Source: Antedon mediterranea
Taxonomy: Eukaryota; Animalia; Echinodermata
Assembly: GCF_964355755.1 (NCBI RefSeq)
Contig: NC_092674.1
Location: forward strand, 6,634,001 to 6,698,000
DNA: 64,000 nucleotides
Reading direction: 5' to 3'
Shown piece after piece: positions 40,144 to 53,180 of the stretch (position 1 is its first letter; the number at the start of each line of letters is the position of its first letter). The translations under genes and the position numbers were made by a program. The notes below the pieces were generated by a model, which saw nothing but the letters and a program-made list of their open reading frames with translations, had not been told where the DNA came from and ran no database searches.

Positions 40144-40440
40144 ATTTTTCCTTAAATTTTGACATATTTAATATACTGTATACATATACAAAAAAATATG
40201 TTTTATTAATATTTATTATATCTCCATCCTTAAGTGGTGGTTTTCCAATTGTTGAGTGTGAAAAAAAATGTTATTAAAATGTCATAATTTATTATTTTTG
40301 TTATTTTCAAATAATTTTTCCTTAAATTTTGACATATTTAATACACTGTATACTGTACTTATACAACCAAAACGTTTTTTTACTAATTTATTATCTCTCC
40401 ATCCTTAAGGGTGTGTTTCCTAATGTTATTAAAATGCCGT
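40144..40440 (+). repeat. ~170-bp local duplication
   Basis: tttttccttaaattttgacatatttaata.actgtata...ttattat.tctccatccttaag twice. Confidence 0.85.
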
Positions 40441-41078
40441 AATTGTAGAATTTTGTTGATTGGTATATTTTTTCAACCATAAAATATTCTACTCATTACC
40501 CTCAAAAGAGACTTAAATTATTGAGCACCATAATTCATCCACATGTTGTAATTTTAGTGTGCACGCGATATCCAAAAAAAGTAGACCGGTATAAACATGG
40601 AGGTATAAATAAGACAAAAAGTACAACTACCTTGTAAGCTATTTGTGTGGAGAAATCAATGACAAAAGTAATCAAGGTAAGGCTGTTTAATAGAATCCCA
40701 TAAGACCAGTACACCTGGTACTAGTCCTATGCACATATGTGGGAAATCCTATACCATATTATTTTATTGAACAATTTTAGCAATTGATAAATAAGTGTGT
40801 ATGATAAAGAGGAGAACATTTGCAAGGGGACAAAGTTGTTCTCACAGCATCATTAGAAGTGCACATTATGTGTAAATGTGTCCTTTACTTAACCAAACAC
40901 TTCATGTGATACATATATGACACTATATTAAAGCATTTGACCATGATACAGGAAATATTAACATATTATGTAGAGAAACATTACAGAAAATCAGGTGCTA
41001 TACAAAGGCAGAGAGAGAAGCTGGGGAACATCACTACATTAACTTGTCGCTGTGTGAGCCAACAAATGAATTCAGAAA

Positions 41079-41422
41079 GCATTTTCACTCTCATCTTTTT
41101 TAATAATACATTTTCACTCTTAAAGATTTTGTCATCTTTTCCAATACATACATTTTCACTCTCAAAGATTTTGTCATCTTTTCCAATACATACATTTTCA
41201 CTCTCATCTTATTTAATACACACATTTTCACTCTCAAAGATTTTGTCATCTTTTCTAATACATACATTTTCCCTCTCAAAGATTTTGTCATCTTTTCCAA
41301 TACATATTTTCACTCTCATCTTTTCCAATACATACATTTTCACTCTCAAAGAATTTGTCATCTTTTTCAATACATACATTTTCCCTCTCAAAGGTTTTGT
41401 CATCTTTTCTGATACATACATT
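41079..41422. repeat. Minisatellite of mixed ~30/42-bp units
   Basis: Unit tacatacattttcactctc(aaagattttgt)catcttttccaa. Confidence 0.92.
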
Positions 41423-41830
41423 AAATTATTTCACTACTTCAAGGTGGTTGCTCTCCTTATTAATAACAATTCACACACTTCACTTCCATTTTCATATTCA
41501 ATTCAACAAGATAATAAAATAAAATATTTTATTTATTGTTATGGAAGAATGAAACAAACATTAATATTATCCCCAGATGACTAGAACATAGAAGGAGAGT
41601 AACAACTGTGGGAGAACTATTTACTATAAACTATAATTATAATAGACAAATTTACTATTTAATAATACTACTAATAAATTATATGCAGGTAACCTGATAC
41701 CGTGTTACACTCTTTCATATCACCACACAAATAAATATTTAGTGAAATTTTAAAATGATATTTGATGTGAATATTAATAGTACTGTGATATAACTAATTC
41801 TCTATACTGTATCTCCATATAAGGTGGCGT

Positions 41831-41983
41831 AATTTCTCCAGTGTCATAGGCAAAATCTATGATACAGTATCACATCACATGGTGCCTGTATTATGTTAAG
41901 GTTAGGCATATAGCCTACTGTATCATACAGTGATACACATGTGACACTGTATTACAGAATGTGCTTATGATACTAGACAAATT
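41831..41983. mobile_element. Small TIR element (family H)
   Basis: aatttctccagtgtcataggca ... tgcttatgatactagacaaatt are imperfect inverted repeats around a central aaggttaggc motif. Confidence 0.65.
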
Positions 41984-42892
41984 ATACACAATACTGCTAA
42001 TATTATAATAATATGGAAAGTTAGAGTAATCGGCTTTTAAAGATATAACAGCTACAGGGAATCAAATTCTATGGCATGACATCCTAATTCCTGTCTCAAT
42101 AAATCACATCGGAAGACATTCATTTTCAAGATCTGCATCTGTATTACATCAAACAATTTAAATAGTGTATGCATGGATTTTACACCCAGATAAATCTCTC
42201 TGTGAGTGTCCGTGCAGCTGCCTTGTACGTAACCCTTATGCTAGCCTAGCTCTTAAGCCGAGTAATTTGATTAACCCTTGTGATGGCTAGTGAAGTGAAG
42301 GCATTTCTCCTGCGTCCTTGTTCAGTGAAGATTATCCATGTGGGGAGGCTATTGAGTGATAATAATCAGCAATTGTAATTAATCCTGTTATTTATATTTA
42401 TTTTATGTACTTTTTATTGATTCAATTTCCATATGAAATTTCTTATACAAGCTTCAGCGCACCTTGTAAATCTATTGACAGATCACCCTCTGACAAATCC
42501 TTCACATAAATTTAACACATGAAGGAAGAGAAGATAATTATTTGCATTGCATGCTGTACCTACAACACTACTGTTAAAATAATTTAACCATGCTCAATCA
42601 GTTTTAGTTAATTAACGACTACAGCATGTAAGGATTGTTTTAATTACTATACAATCACAATTACACTCACGTCAATTGAAACAAATTCATTTTTTTTCTT
42701 CAGACATTTTATGTTGCCACTCTATCAAAAGCTCGAAAATTACAGGATTCCTACCTTGTATTGTACATACTTTTGAATACCTTATTATCAATGTTGGAAT
42801 ACAAATGAATAATTCAAAAATGCCATTAAAAATAGTATGGGGGTCAATGTAACAGTGTGCCCAGTTATGGTGTACATAATCCTTGGTTCAAA

Positions 42893-43054
42893 TCTGTCTA
42901 CTGTACACATACTATCAAACTTCACTAACAAACTCAAAAAAAGTGTGATGTGCCCAAATATGGTAGTGATATGCTTAAATATGGTAGTGATATGATATAT
43001 ATCCTCATGTCCATATATGGGCATATCACATTTGTTTGTAGTGTAAACACAGCT
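42893..43054. mobile_element. Family A MITE
   Basis: actatcaaact...gatgtgcccaaatatggtagtgatatgcttaaatatggtagtgat...tagtgtaaacacagct. Confidence 0.8.
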
Positions 43055-43224
43055 TTAGAATTCTATAATACTGTATGTTCTATAGTATATTGGCCTAGTA
43101 TCCCCTATTTTACACCTTCAATACGCAGCAAGTGTCCCTTTAGTAGGGTTAGTTATATTCATGGAATAAAGTAATATTTTTCAAACCATGTTCAAACATA
43201 TATTTCCCCTTGTTTCTTGTTTCA

Positions 43225-44812
43225 GGAAAGTGTCCCCTAAATAGGGGTGTCTACTGAATAGGGGTGTCCCTTGAATATGAGTGTCTACTGAATAGTAATG
43301 TCTACTGAATAGGGGTGTCCCTTGAATATGAGTGTCTACTGAATAGTAATGTCTACTGAATAGGGGTGTCCTTTGAATATGAGTGTCTACTGAATAGTAA
43401 TGTTTACTGAATAGGGGTGTCCCTTGAATATGAGTGTCTACTGAATAGCTGTGTCTACTGAATAGGGTGTCCCTTGAATATGACTGTCTACTGAATAGTA
43501 ATGTCTACTGAATAGGGGTGTCCCTTGAATATGAGTGTCTACTGAATAGTAATGTCTACTGAATAGGGGTGTCCCTTGAATATGAGTGTCTACTGAATAG
43601 TAATGTCTACTGAATAGAGGTGTCCCTTGAATATGAGTGTCTACTGAATAGTAATGTCTACTGAATAGGGGTGTCCTCTAAATAGGGGTGTCTAGTGAAT
43701 AGGGGTGTCTACTGAATAGGGGTGTCCCTTGAATATGAGTGTCTACTGAATAGTAATGTCTACTGAATAGGGGTGTCTACTGAATAGGGGTGTCCTCTAA
43801 ATAGGGGTGTCCTCTAAATAGGGGTGTCCTCTAAATAGGGGTGTCTAGTGAATAGGGGTGTCTAGTGAATAGGGGTGTCTACTGAATAGGGATGTCCCCT
43901 GAATAGAAGTGTCCCCTGAATAGGGGTGTCTACTGAATAGGGATGTCCCCTGAATAGTAATGTCTACCGAATAGGGGTGTCCTCTAAATAGGGGTGCTAG
44001 TGAATAGGGGTGTCCCCTGAATAGGGATGTCTACTGAATAGGGATGTCCCCTGAATAGAAGTGTCTCCTGAAAAAGGGTGTCTACTGAATAGGGGTGTCC
44101 CTTGAATATGAGTGTCTACTGAATAGTAATGTTTACTGAATAGGGGTGTCCCTTGAATATGAGTGTCTACTGAATAGTAATGTCTACTGAATAGGGGTGT
44201 CCCTTGAATATGAGTGTCTACTGAATAGTAATGTCTACTGAATAGAGGTGTCCCTTGAATATGAGTGTCTACTGAATAGTAATGTCTACTGAATAGGGGT
44301 GTCCTCTAAATAGGGGTGTCTAGTGAATAGGGGTGTCTACTGAATAGGGGTGTCCCTTGAATATGAGTGTCTACTGAATAGTAATGTCTACTGAATAGGG
44401 GTGTCCTCTAAATAGGGGTGTCCTCTAAATAGGGGTGTCCTCTAAATAGGGGTGTCTAGTGAATAGGGGTGTCTAGTGAATAGGGGTGTCTACTGAATAG
44501 GGATGTCCCCTGAATAGAAGTGTACCCTGAATAGGGGTGTCTACTGAATAGGGATGTCCCCTGAATAGTAATGTCTACCGAATAGGGGTGTCCTCTAAAT
44601 AGGGGTGCTAGTGAATAGGGGTGTCCCCTGAATAGGGATGTCTACTGAATAAGGATGTCCCCTGAATAGAAGTGTCTCCTGAAAAAGGGTGTCTACTGAA
44701 TAGGGATGTCCCTTGAATGGGGATGTCTACTGAATAGGGATGTCCCCTGAATAGAAGTGTCTCCTGAAAAAGGGTGTCTACTGAATAGGGTGTCCCTTGA
44801 ATGGGGATGTTC
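43225..44812. repeat. ~1.6-kb satellite of 17-bp monomers expanded inside a family B element (~43095-44815)
   Basis: Monomers gaataggggtgtctact, gaataggggtgtccctt, gaatatgagtgtctact, gaatagtaatgtctact, preceded by family B body (aagtgtccc...cccttgtttcttgtttcaggaaagtgtcccc). Confidence 0.95.
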
Positions 44813-45969
44813 TGTTTTTCTATCTATTTGTTCCCTCAAATGTGACAAAGAATTAAGAAGTGACAAACTATGAATATGTTTAAATGAATACATTCTTGAT
44901 AATCCTGCCTACAGGGCTCTTTGCTATACTCATCAAACATTACACACATAATTATTAATTACAAAAGGAAGTATATTACAAAATGTCATATATTATTTAC
45001 AAACCCATGCATGTGTTTTTTTCAATTTGATTACTGTTGACGACTTGTTGATTGATGTGATATGTTGTTAATTAATTAATTGATTTAGTTTATTCAATTA
45101 AAACCTATATTAGTGTCTATAAACTGTTAAAAAAACATGTTTAATTTATTTCAGGCCTACTTTAATATTTGTTATAAAATAAATTTGTCTAATTCAAATG
45201 TGTAAAGTACCAGTATAATAAATATAGAATGGTTAATTGGAAAATAGATACATTTTTGACAAAGGGAAAACATGGATTCAATTTTAATGCTTAATTTTTT
45301 CAGATACTATAAAGAGAGCAAGACATACGGTATAGATGTACAAGCCCTTTCAAATTGAAGAAAAAAAATCAAATTGGCAAGAAATTTAAAGATGTATTGA
45401 CCTGCAAAACATTAAAAAAAATCAAGATTAATAAAAAAAACTTTGATTGGTGTAATTTTTAATAAAGGTAATCAAAAAAATCCGCAGAAAAATGAGTATG
45501 GCTACTTTGTAGAAAACAGACGATTTTTACACATATTTTAATATTAAAGAAAATTCCTTATTAATCAATTTTCTTACAGTTATTTTTGATTGCACATGAA
45601 TGTAATTTTTAAGCTAAATCTAAAAATATTCATTTTTTTCTGAAAGGGCTTGAACTGGCTCTTAAATTTGTAAAGGTAAGAATGGTAAATTTATAAATAA
45701 ATGATTTAGGATGTAACTAAATAAACCATGACAATATATTTCTAATATTATCGCTATCAGGTTATTATGAACTTTTGTTTTATGCAATAAGTCACTCTGT
45801 ATCATTTCATAATTTATGCTACATTGTAACCAAATACAAATCAGAAATTTTCAATACTTAGATTTAAATAAATTTTGTAAACCTAAACTTAGATATTGAA
45901 TGTTTTAATAAAAAAATACAATTGTTTTTTCCATACACATCCAATAATTCATTAGACTAATACACTTAA

Positions 45970-46279
45970 AGATGTATTATCCCCACAAACATAAAAAAAT
46001 GAAGATAATACTAAAATCAGACTTTTAATAGGCCATTTTGCAGTTTTAATGAAATTATTCACTTTTTAAAAAAATAAATAAAAAAAATAAACAGTTAATT
46101 TTAACCAAAAATTATTCATTGTCTGACAGACAATTTAAGAATTGTTTGCTTGAAATTACATTTTTTTTAGGTAAATAATTTTTTTAGTTCCAGTTTTTGG
46201 AACTGTTTGGAACTGTTTAAAATGGCATATTCAACTAAAAATTTAAAAAAAATATATCTATATATATAACAATATATCT
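45970..46279. mobile_element. Family G Kolobok-like element (another left end at ~45390, a right end at ~55046)
   Basis: TTAA|agatgtattatcccc...acaatatatct; the interior matches 36129-36459. Confidence 0.75.
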
Positions 46280-47661
46280 TCAATATACTTAAATTTTTAT
46301 GTTGTCTATGGCAACATTTTTTTTGGGCCTATACAGTACAACCCAAAAACACAAAACTGTAAAATTGAAACATAATTTTTATGATTTATCGTGGCGCTAG
46401 CGTCTCAATCACAAGACTTTATTATATATCTATTCCTATAAATGCCAATCTCTGATTTAAGAGATCACAATAATAAAATTATTTTAATAATTTATGTTAT
46501 ATACACATAGCAATCTAAATTTATACTTTTTTTTACAGGTTTCTCTTATTTCGGTGATTTAATATTTTGCAGAACATAAACCTGATTTTCTGAAGTCATC
46601 CATCACATTGATAACTAGGTTTATCACTGCCAATTTAAAGGTTTCTTCTATGATAAATTATTAATATCCTATATTTTGTTTTCTAAAAGTTTAAATTTGG
46701 CCCAACAAAAATGTTTGTTAAGCATCACTTCCCTCCGCTGATTTTCGAGCCCCTCCATTAAAAAAATGGTTTTTTTTAAAGATAAAAAAAAAAAACCCCT
46801 CTCCTGAAATTTATTCAGGTAACTCTTAAGTATATTTTTTTATTTGGCCTAAAATAAATTTTTATAATGTTTTAAAAATCCGAGATATAGAATGGACTAT
46901 AGGGTGGACATGTCAAGTAAGGTCCACTACCCTTGGGAGTCCACATCAAGTATAAAGAAAAGAAAATTAAACTTTATATTAACAAACATAAAGACCTACT
47001 GGCACATATATCTCAAGGCTAAGGATTGCCCTAAATTGCAAATTAAAGATAATTTTCGTCACCGGCTGAAATAAAGAAATATACAATATTCCTAAAAGAT
47101 TAGGGGAACAATAATTAAAAGTTCAATATGACTAAATTAACATGCGGTCCTCAGGGAGGTCGGAATCCTGTTCAAAATGGGGTCATCTTGACTTTTGACC
47201 TAGAAAGTTTACATTTTTAAACAAGCATAGTTTTATGATATTACACTCTCGAATGAACTCTGCCTGTCCTAATTCCTGGAAATATTACAAATCAATTTAG
47301 TAATTACCAATTATTATTCAAGTATTAATTATCTATTGATAAGTTTCTGTACTCTCGTATTGAAAGATCAACTTTTTTCCTTTAAATTATGATTTTATCA
47401 GGCAAATAAGTCCAATTTTTCATCAAAATGAATACCTATTAAGTAACATTAAAATGGCCTAATCAACAACAAAAATATTTAAATTCCTTTTTTTCAATAT
47501 ACCTCAAATGCGACTTAAGAATGGATAACTCAGCTGTTTCTATACTTTCAATGTAATGTTGTGTATTAATGTAGGCCCTACATTTAAAATATATAATAAT
47601 AGAGATTACATGACATGCTATGTAGATTAATTTTTGTTATGTTTTTTTTTTTTTTTTTTTT

Positions 47662-47724
47662 TTTTAATCTACCAAGCAAAGTGAATTTCCATTTTTATGG
47701 ACAAATACAATTTCTTGAATCTTG
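47662..47724 (+). mobile_element. LINE 3' terminus with a (TTGAATC)n tail
   Basis: aatctaccaagcaaagtgaatttccatttttatggacaa...tttcttgaatcttg; a near-identical inverted copy lies at 57698-57769. Confidence 0.7.
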
Positions 47725-48181
47725 TATAGTGATAATGGATAACCCTCTAATAATGTCCACATAGTGTCTTTTATTGAATATTTATCATTTCACAATAAAG
47801 TATTGCGTAAAGATAATAATATTAAGAATATTGTTTGATATTGTAGGTTAAATGTTAATATTAATTCAATAACTTTCTTAATTTCCTTTCTTTAACCAAA
47901 AGTCTTTCGATAATCTTAATTGTAATTCAAACATTATAAATTGTTTTGACTTTTAAATTAGGTTAAATGTTAATAACACATTTGAATTTACAATTTCTTT
48001 TCTTTATCCACAATTCTTTCAAATAACACGACCTTAATTAAGCTACAAACCAGTGTTATGTGTCAATTTTAATTAATAATTACAAAACAATGTAAATGTG
48101 TGTATTGTTTTGTGTTTAAAAAAAAATTAGGGTAAGGAGTAATATTGATTGAGACAAAAGAATAAAAGGTTTTGGTAATTT

Positions 48182-48294
48182 CCTGTTTACTATCAAACTA
48201 GTGTGATATGCTCAAATATGGTAGTGCTATGACATCATCATGTCCATATATGGGCACATCACATTTTTTTGTAACATAAAGTTTGATACTGCTT
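48182..48294. mobile_element. Family A MITE, degraded
   Basis: actatcaaactag...aaatatggtagtg.tatgacatcatcatgtccatatatgggcacatcac...cataaagtttgata. Confidence 0.8.
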
Positions 48295-48332
48295 TAAGAT
48301 ATTAAACCTTTGACTCCAACCTCTCATCTCCT

Positions 48333-48632
48333 AATAATATCCTAGATTTATAAAACGCCTAATGTTGTGAAACCTCTTAGCACTGTATATATTATTACCC
48401 CAGTCATTTTTGGATCAAACACGTATGGAAACATACTCATATAACGCAACTAGTCGTCAGCACAAAGTTGTGTCTTGACCTTATCAGATACCAATTTGTA
48501 CACCTGGGTGGAGAAATGCAAACGTAAGTAAAGTATCTTGCCTAAGGATACAAGCAATGCGACTGGAGTTGGATTTGAACCCATGATCTCATGATCAGTA
48601 GTTCAGCATCCAACACACTGATTCACACGCTC
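48333..48632 (-). mobile_element. SINE family D, full length, minus strand
   Basis: Reverse complement of the 36500 copy: tacacctgggtggaga...aagtaaagtatcttgcctaaggatacaagca...ggatttgaaccc. Confidence 0.85.
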
Positions 48633-49593
48633 TTGCATTGCAAAATTTAGCACAATAAGTTTTTTCTTTCTTTTAACACAAAATCATTTTTCTAATATTG
48701 TAACAAACTAACATACAAACAAATAAAACAAGTGATATCAATATATTTTATTATAAACTAATTTCTTTTTGTTACATGTTAATATTGATCCTATATAATC
48801 TTCATACTCAATAACAAATCTTCTAATAAAGAAGATATAAAAACATTACAAAAGCGACAGGAAATGAACGCATATACGCCAGACCGCATTATTTCATATT
48901 ATGAACTCAGAAACACCCGAGTTAAAAAATCTCTGAAAAGAACAAAACAATGAGCAAAAATGCACATCCTTTAAAAATACATACGTAACCAGATCAATCA
49001 AGAGTGACGCGTTTGTTCAAGTTATTCAGTCGATCAATTAAAAACAGATTAAAGAATCACAATGATCAAACTTAAAACGTTGTCTGACCTCCGACAACTG
49101 CAGTTGAACTTTAAAAAGAATGTTGATTGGTAGTTGATACAGTACTCTGTTGAAGTGTTTTGAGGTTGTTAAAATATTTTTAGGACAAAAAGATCCTTTT
49201 AAGGCACAATTATTTTAAATTATTTATTGGTTTACTGCCATATAGAGGAATCCTTGTGGTAAACATACTAATAGCAAAATACCAACAAAAGTATTAAAAT
49301 ATTCTGGAAGTATTAAAAGTTAAAATTGTGACAGACGAAATTCACACCAAGTGTACATATCATCGTAATCCTCTTTATTATCAGTATACTCTTCAAATAT
49401 ACGGAAGTGGATACTTAACATAATCACAAGATTAGTATACAATTTAAATTAAATTTTTTCCAACAATATAACATTTTAGTTTTCAGAACACATTGAGGTG
49501 TTGGTGAACAATCAATGGAAAAGGTACAAAGAGAGAAAGTGTTTATTTAAATAAAATCGCCTCAAAATTCACATGAAAAGTCAATGGACTCAA

Positions 49594-49724
49594 GAACGTG
49601 GTCGCAACGCAAGCGAATTGACCAAATCACAAGCGACAGTTGGCATAATCCATGGCTTGTGATTGGTCAGTTCACTGGTGTTGCGGCTTACGTCTTTACG
49701 TTGTGTCCTAGTGGGAACCAAGCT
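49594..49724. mobile_element. Family C MITE
   Basis: cgcaacgcaagcgaattgacca...ctagtgggaaccaagct|tta. Confidence 0.8.
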
Positions 49725-50816
49725 TTAGTTATATTATAAGATGTGTCAAGCAAGTTGGTCATTGAGTTTTCTTTACCCATGAGTATAAATGGGTCAACGA
49801 TGAGATTAAACCTGAAATTGCATCATATAGGCTACTGATGGAATTGACATGTAACTATCCTCTTCCTGTTAGAGAAACTAGGAAAAATGCTCTACTCTCA
49901 CAGTGCAAAGGTACAGAATGACTATTCTTCTTTTAACCAGGAGTATAAATAGGTACAAGCATCTTAGAGTAACCTTTAATAGCTTCTCATACAGATGTAG
50001 GCCTACCTCATAAGGCACAAATACATATCAAATGTAGAATTTCTTTTCTTCTTCACTTTACTTTTATATATTACATAGCCTATGTAAATACGCGAACGTG
50101 ATTGGTTGAAACTGCATCACATGACTACCGCTGCGAGGATCGTAAATCGTATATATCCTCGAGAACGATGATATTGACTGTGTAATTTTCGCGTAATTAT
50201 CGTGTCCCCTGTCATTAAACATATAGATTCTCGAGTACGATGATATTGACTGTGTAATTTTCGTGTTCCAACAATAAATAAACAAAAGTCATCTACTCGA
50301 TCTTGAACTCGGGTGGAATTGTCACTCCTTCGCAAGACAACGCTTCAACCGCTGCGCCACCTAGCTTGCTTGAAGAAATTAATCATCTAAACTATTTAAA
50401 CTATGCATACATAGCGCCCTCATTTGTTATTAGTCCACCCTAAATGTGATGAAACACCGTTTGTGATTGGTCAATACTCACGGTAGTAACCTAGTAACTA
50501 GTACGCGCTGAACATCCGGTGATTCGGCTCCTCGAAGAGAAGACAAATTGTTTATTCGGCCTACCTGATTATAATATTATTATCGATAGGCTTATTGATG
50601 GAAATTCTTCTGTTAATTTAAACGACCTAGGCCTAAGTGAATATTTTATTGCCAAGGAATCATTAATTAGTAATTATCTGTATATTATTCTTTGCAAGGT
50701 AAGGTGTCTAGGCAGGCTTGTTTAAATACAATACAAATACTATAGGCCTAGGCTATACTATAGGAGGCCTTAGCCTAGCTTCACCCAACCCAGCAGCAGA
50801 CTTGTTCTTGGCTATA

Positions 50817-51013
50817 TAATATAACAGATATTGCCTTTTATATCAGTTAAATATAAGATTTGACATCCCCTCGGGATTGATATTAAGTTCTCGAGGAATA
50901 TATATTTCCCTCAGCTGGCGCTTCGGGAAATATATATTCCCTCGAACATAATATCATTCCCTCGGGGATGTCAAATCTTATATTTAACCTCTAAACAGTC
51001 AATATCTGTATAA
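50817..51013. mobile_element. ~195-bp foldback (palindromic) non-autonomous element
   Basis: Arms include the perfect 25-bp pair gttaaatataagatttgacatcccc / ggggatgtcaaatcttatatttaac and the 16-bp pair ggaatatatatttccc / gggaaatatatattcc. Confidence 0.8.
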
Positions 51014-51531
51014 TAGTTGCTTTGTACCTAGGAGTATAAATGGGTACAAGCAGATACCAATAGTAGCCTCGATATACAGTTCCATAGATGAAGGTGACCC
51101 ATGATATTCCAGAAACTTGAGATATGTTTGCCTGCTATGACCGACACGGTTCCGATATTTATATTTCTACTTTACACTACACAATTCTAGAATTGTCCTG
51201 ACATAAATTTGTAAGATTAGACCATAACATTTCGCATGTTACAAATAACATGAGTTGATGATAAACATCATATGATCCTTAAGAAACAGGTCTCTCGAAT
51301 GTAATACAGTAGGCTCGTTAAGAAAAATAGAAATCTATCACTCTATAAAAATATTTTAATAATAAATAACACTCATACTTTAAATGAACTTTCCAATGAA
51401 AGTTTTCAATTTCCATAAAAAAAAAAAAACAACCAAACAGAAAAAAACAAATTAAAGATGAATGATCAAGTAATATGAATAACAACAATTTAAAACAAAT
51501 ATGTTTTGATTAAAAATGAAATACATTAGAT

Positions 51532-52154
51532 GTATTAAAGGAGACACCTTTGGGACACTGAACAGGGGTTGGCCATTTGTTAAAACATATATAGCCCTTG
51601 CTTGTTTCAGGAAAGTATCCCCTTAATGGTGTCCCCTTCATTATGGTGTCCTCTTAATGGTGTCACCTTTATTATGGTGTCCTCTTAATGGTGTCACCTT
51701 TATTATGATGTCACCTTAATGGTGTCTCCTTTATTAGTGTGTCTGCTTAATAAGAATATCCCCTTAATCAAAATGTCCCCTTGATCAGGGTGTCCGCTTG
51801 ATCAGAGTGTCCCTTTGATCAGCGTGTCCCTTTGATCAGCGTGTCCCTTTGATCAGCGTGTCCCGTTGATCACCGTGTCCCTTTGATCAGCGTGTCCCCT
51901 TGATCAGCGTGTCCCCTTGATCAGGATGTCCCCTTGATCAGGATGTCCCCTTGATCAGGGTGTCCCCTTGATCAGGGTGTCCCCTTGATCAGGGTGTCCC
52001 CTTGATCAGGGTGTCCCCTTGATCAGGATGTCCCCTTGATCAGGATGTCCCCTTGATCAGGATGTCCCCTTGATCAGGATGTCCCCTTGATCAGGGTGTC
52101 CCCTTGATTAGAGTGTTCTCTGAGTAGAGGTGTCCCAAAGGAGGGATTCTACTG
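51532..52154. mobile_element. Family B element with an internal 17-bp array (51615-52135)
   Basis: ggagacacctttgggacac...tttcaggaaagtatcccc, then (gatcagggtgtcccctt)n, closing with gtgtcccaaaggagggattctactg|TA. Confidence 0.9.
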
Positions 52155-52834
52155 TATACAGAATATTTAAAAAAACAGTTTAGTAATATTCAGACAAATT
52201 TATCTAATTATACAGTATCTGTAAATGAAGTTTACAAAATCTATTTCATACTTTGCACAATAACACAATCAATAAAGTAATAAAACTGGGCTTTATTAAT
52301 AGCAATAAAATAGACAGGCCCCAGTGGAGGACATAGCGAGTTCAACAACCCTAAAAAGCAGGTGAGAAAAGACTATCACAGCACACCTTGATGATCCCAA
52401 ACAACCCTTCAAATATGATCGTCATAGATGACTACCTTTAACCATATTTCATTGGTGTATTGTTGCCAACGCAGTCTGACCTACAGGTATCTGATTGTTA
52501 GAGCCTTGTCTTTTGTCCGGGGTCTTCCAACATCTACCAATGAAGGACAAGTTAACGCTGTTTCTCTGTGATCCATGTATAGATTTCGAAATCCTGCTCA
52601 GCTTTAAAATCTTTCTTTTTCGACAAAGAATTTTTAGTATCATAAGTTAAAAAAAAATTGATCATGACTGGTAGGTGATCAAATTATCAGTAAAATATTA
52701 CTAAGATTTAGCCGATTTATAATGCCACAAAATGGATGAAAAACAGTTTTAATTGGCACATAATAAATGTACAATAGGTACCTTTGCTCAGAAACAAAGC
52801 AAATGAGTTGTCATGTACTGGTATGCTTCTTGTA

Positions 52835-53180
52835 ACACCATGGTAAGCAACTCTATGGTAAGCAACTCCATGGTAAGCAACTCCATGGTATGCATGGTAA
52901 GCAACTCCATGGTAAGCAACTCCATGATAAGCAACTCCATGGTAAGCAACTCCATGGTATGCATGGTAAGCAACTCCATCGTAAGCAACTCCATGGTAAG
53001 CAACTCCAAGGTAAGCAACTCCATGGTAAGCAACACCATGGTAAGCAACACCATGGTAAGCAAAACCATGGTATATATGGTATGCAAAACCATGGTAAGC
53101 AACAGTCATGGTAAAGAAATCCATGGTAAATTCACTAAAACTGTGGAATGTAACACCATGGTAAGCAACACCATGGTAAA
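52835..53180. repeat. 15-bp minisatellite, about 20 copies
   Basis: Unit ccatggtaagcaact; it gives the GVAYH / MVSNS periodic ORFs. Confidence 0.96.

Noticed and set aside
52449-52643. 64-aa minus-strand ORF, possible exon or LINE remnant
   Set aside because: No recognisable homology or splice signals; cannot be supported without a search.
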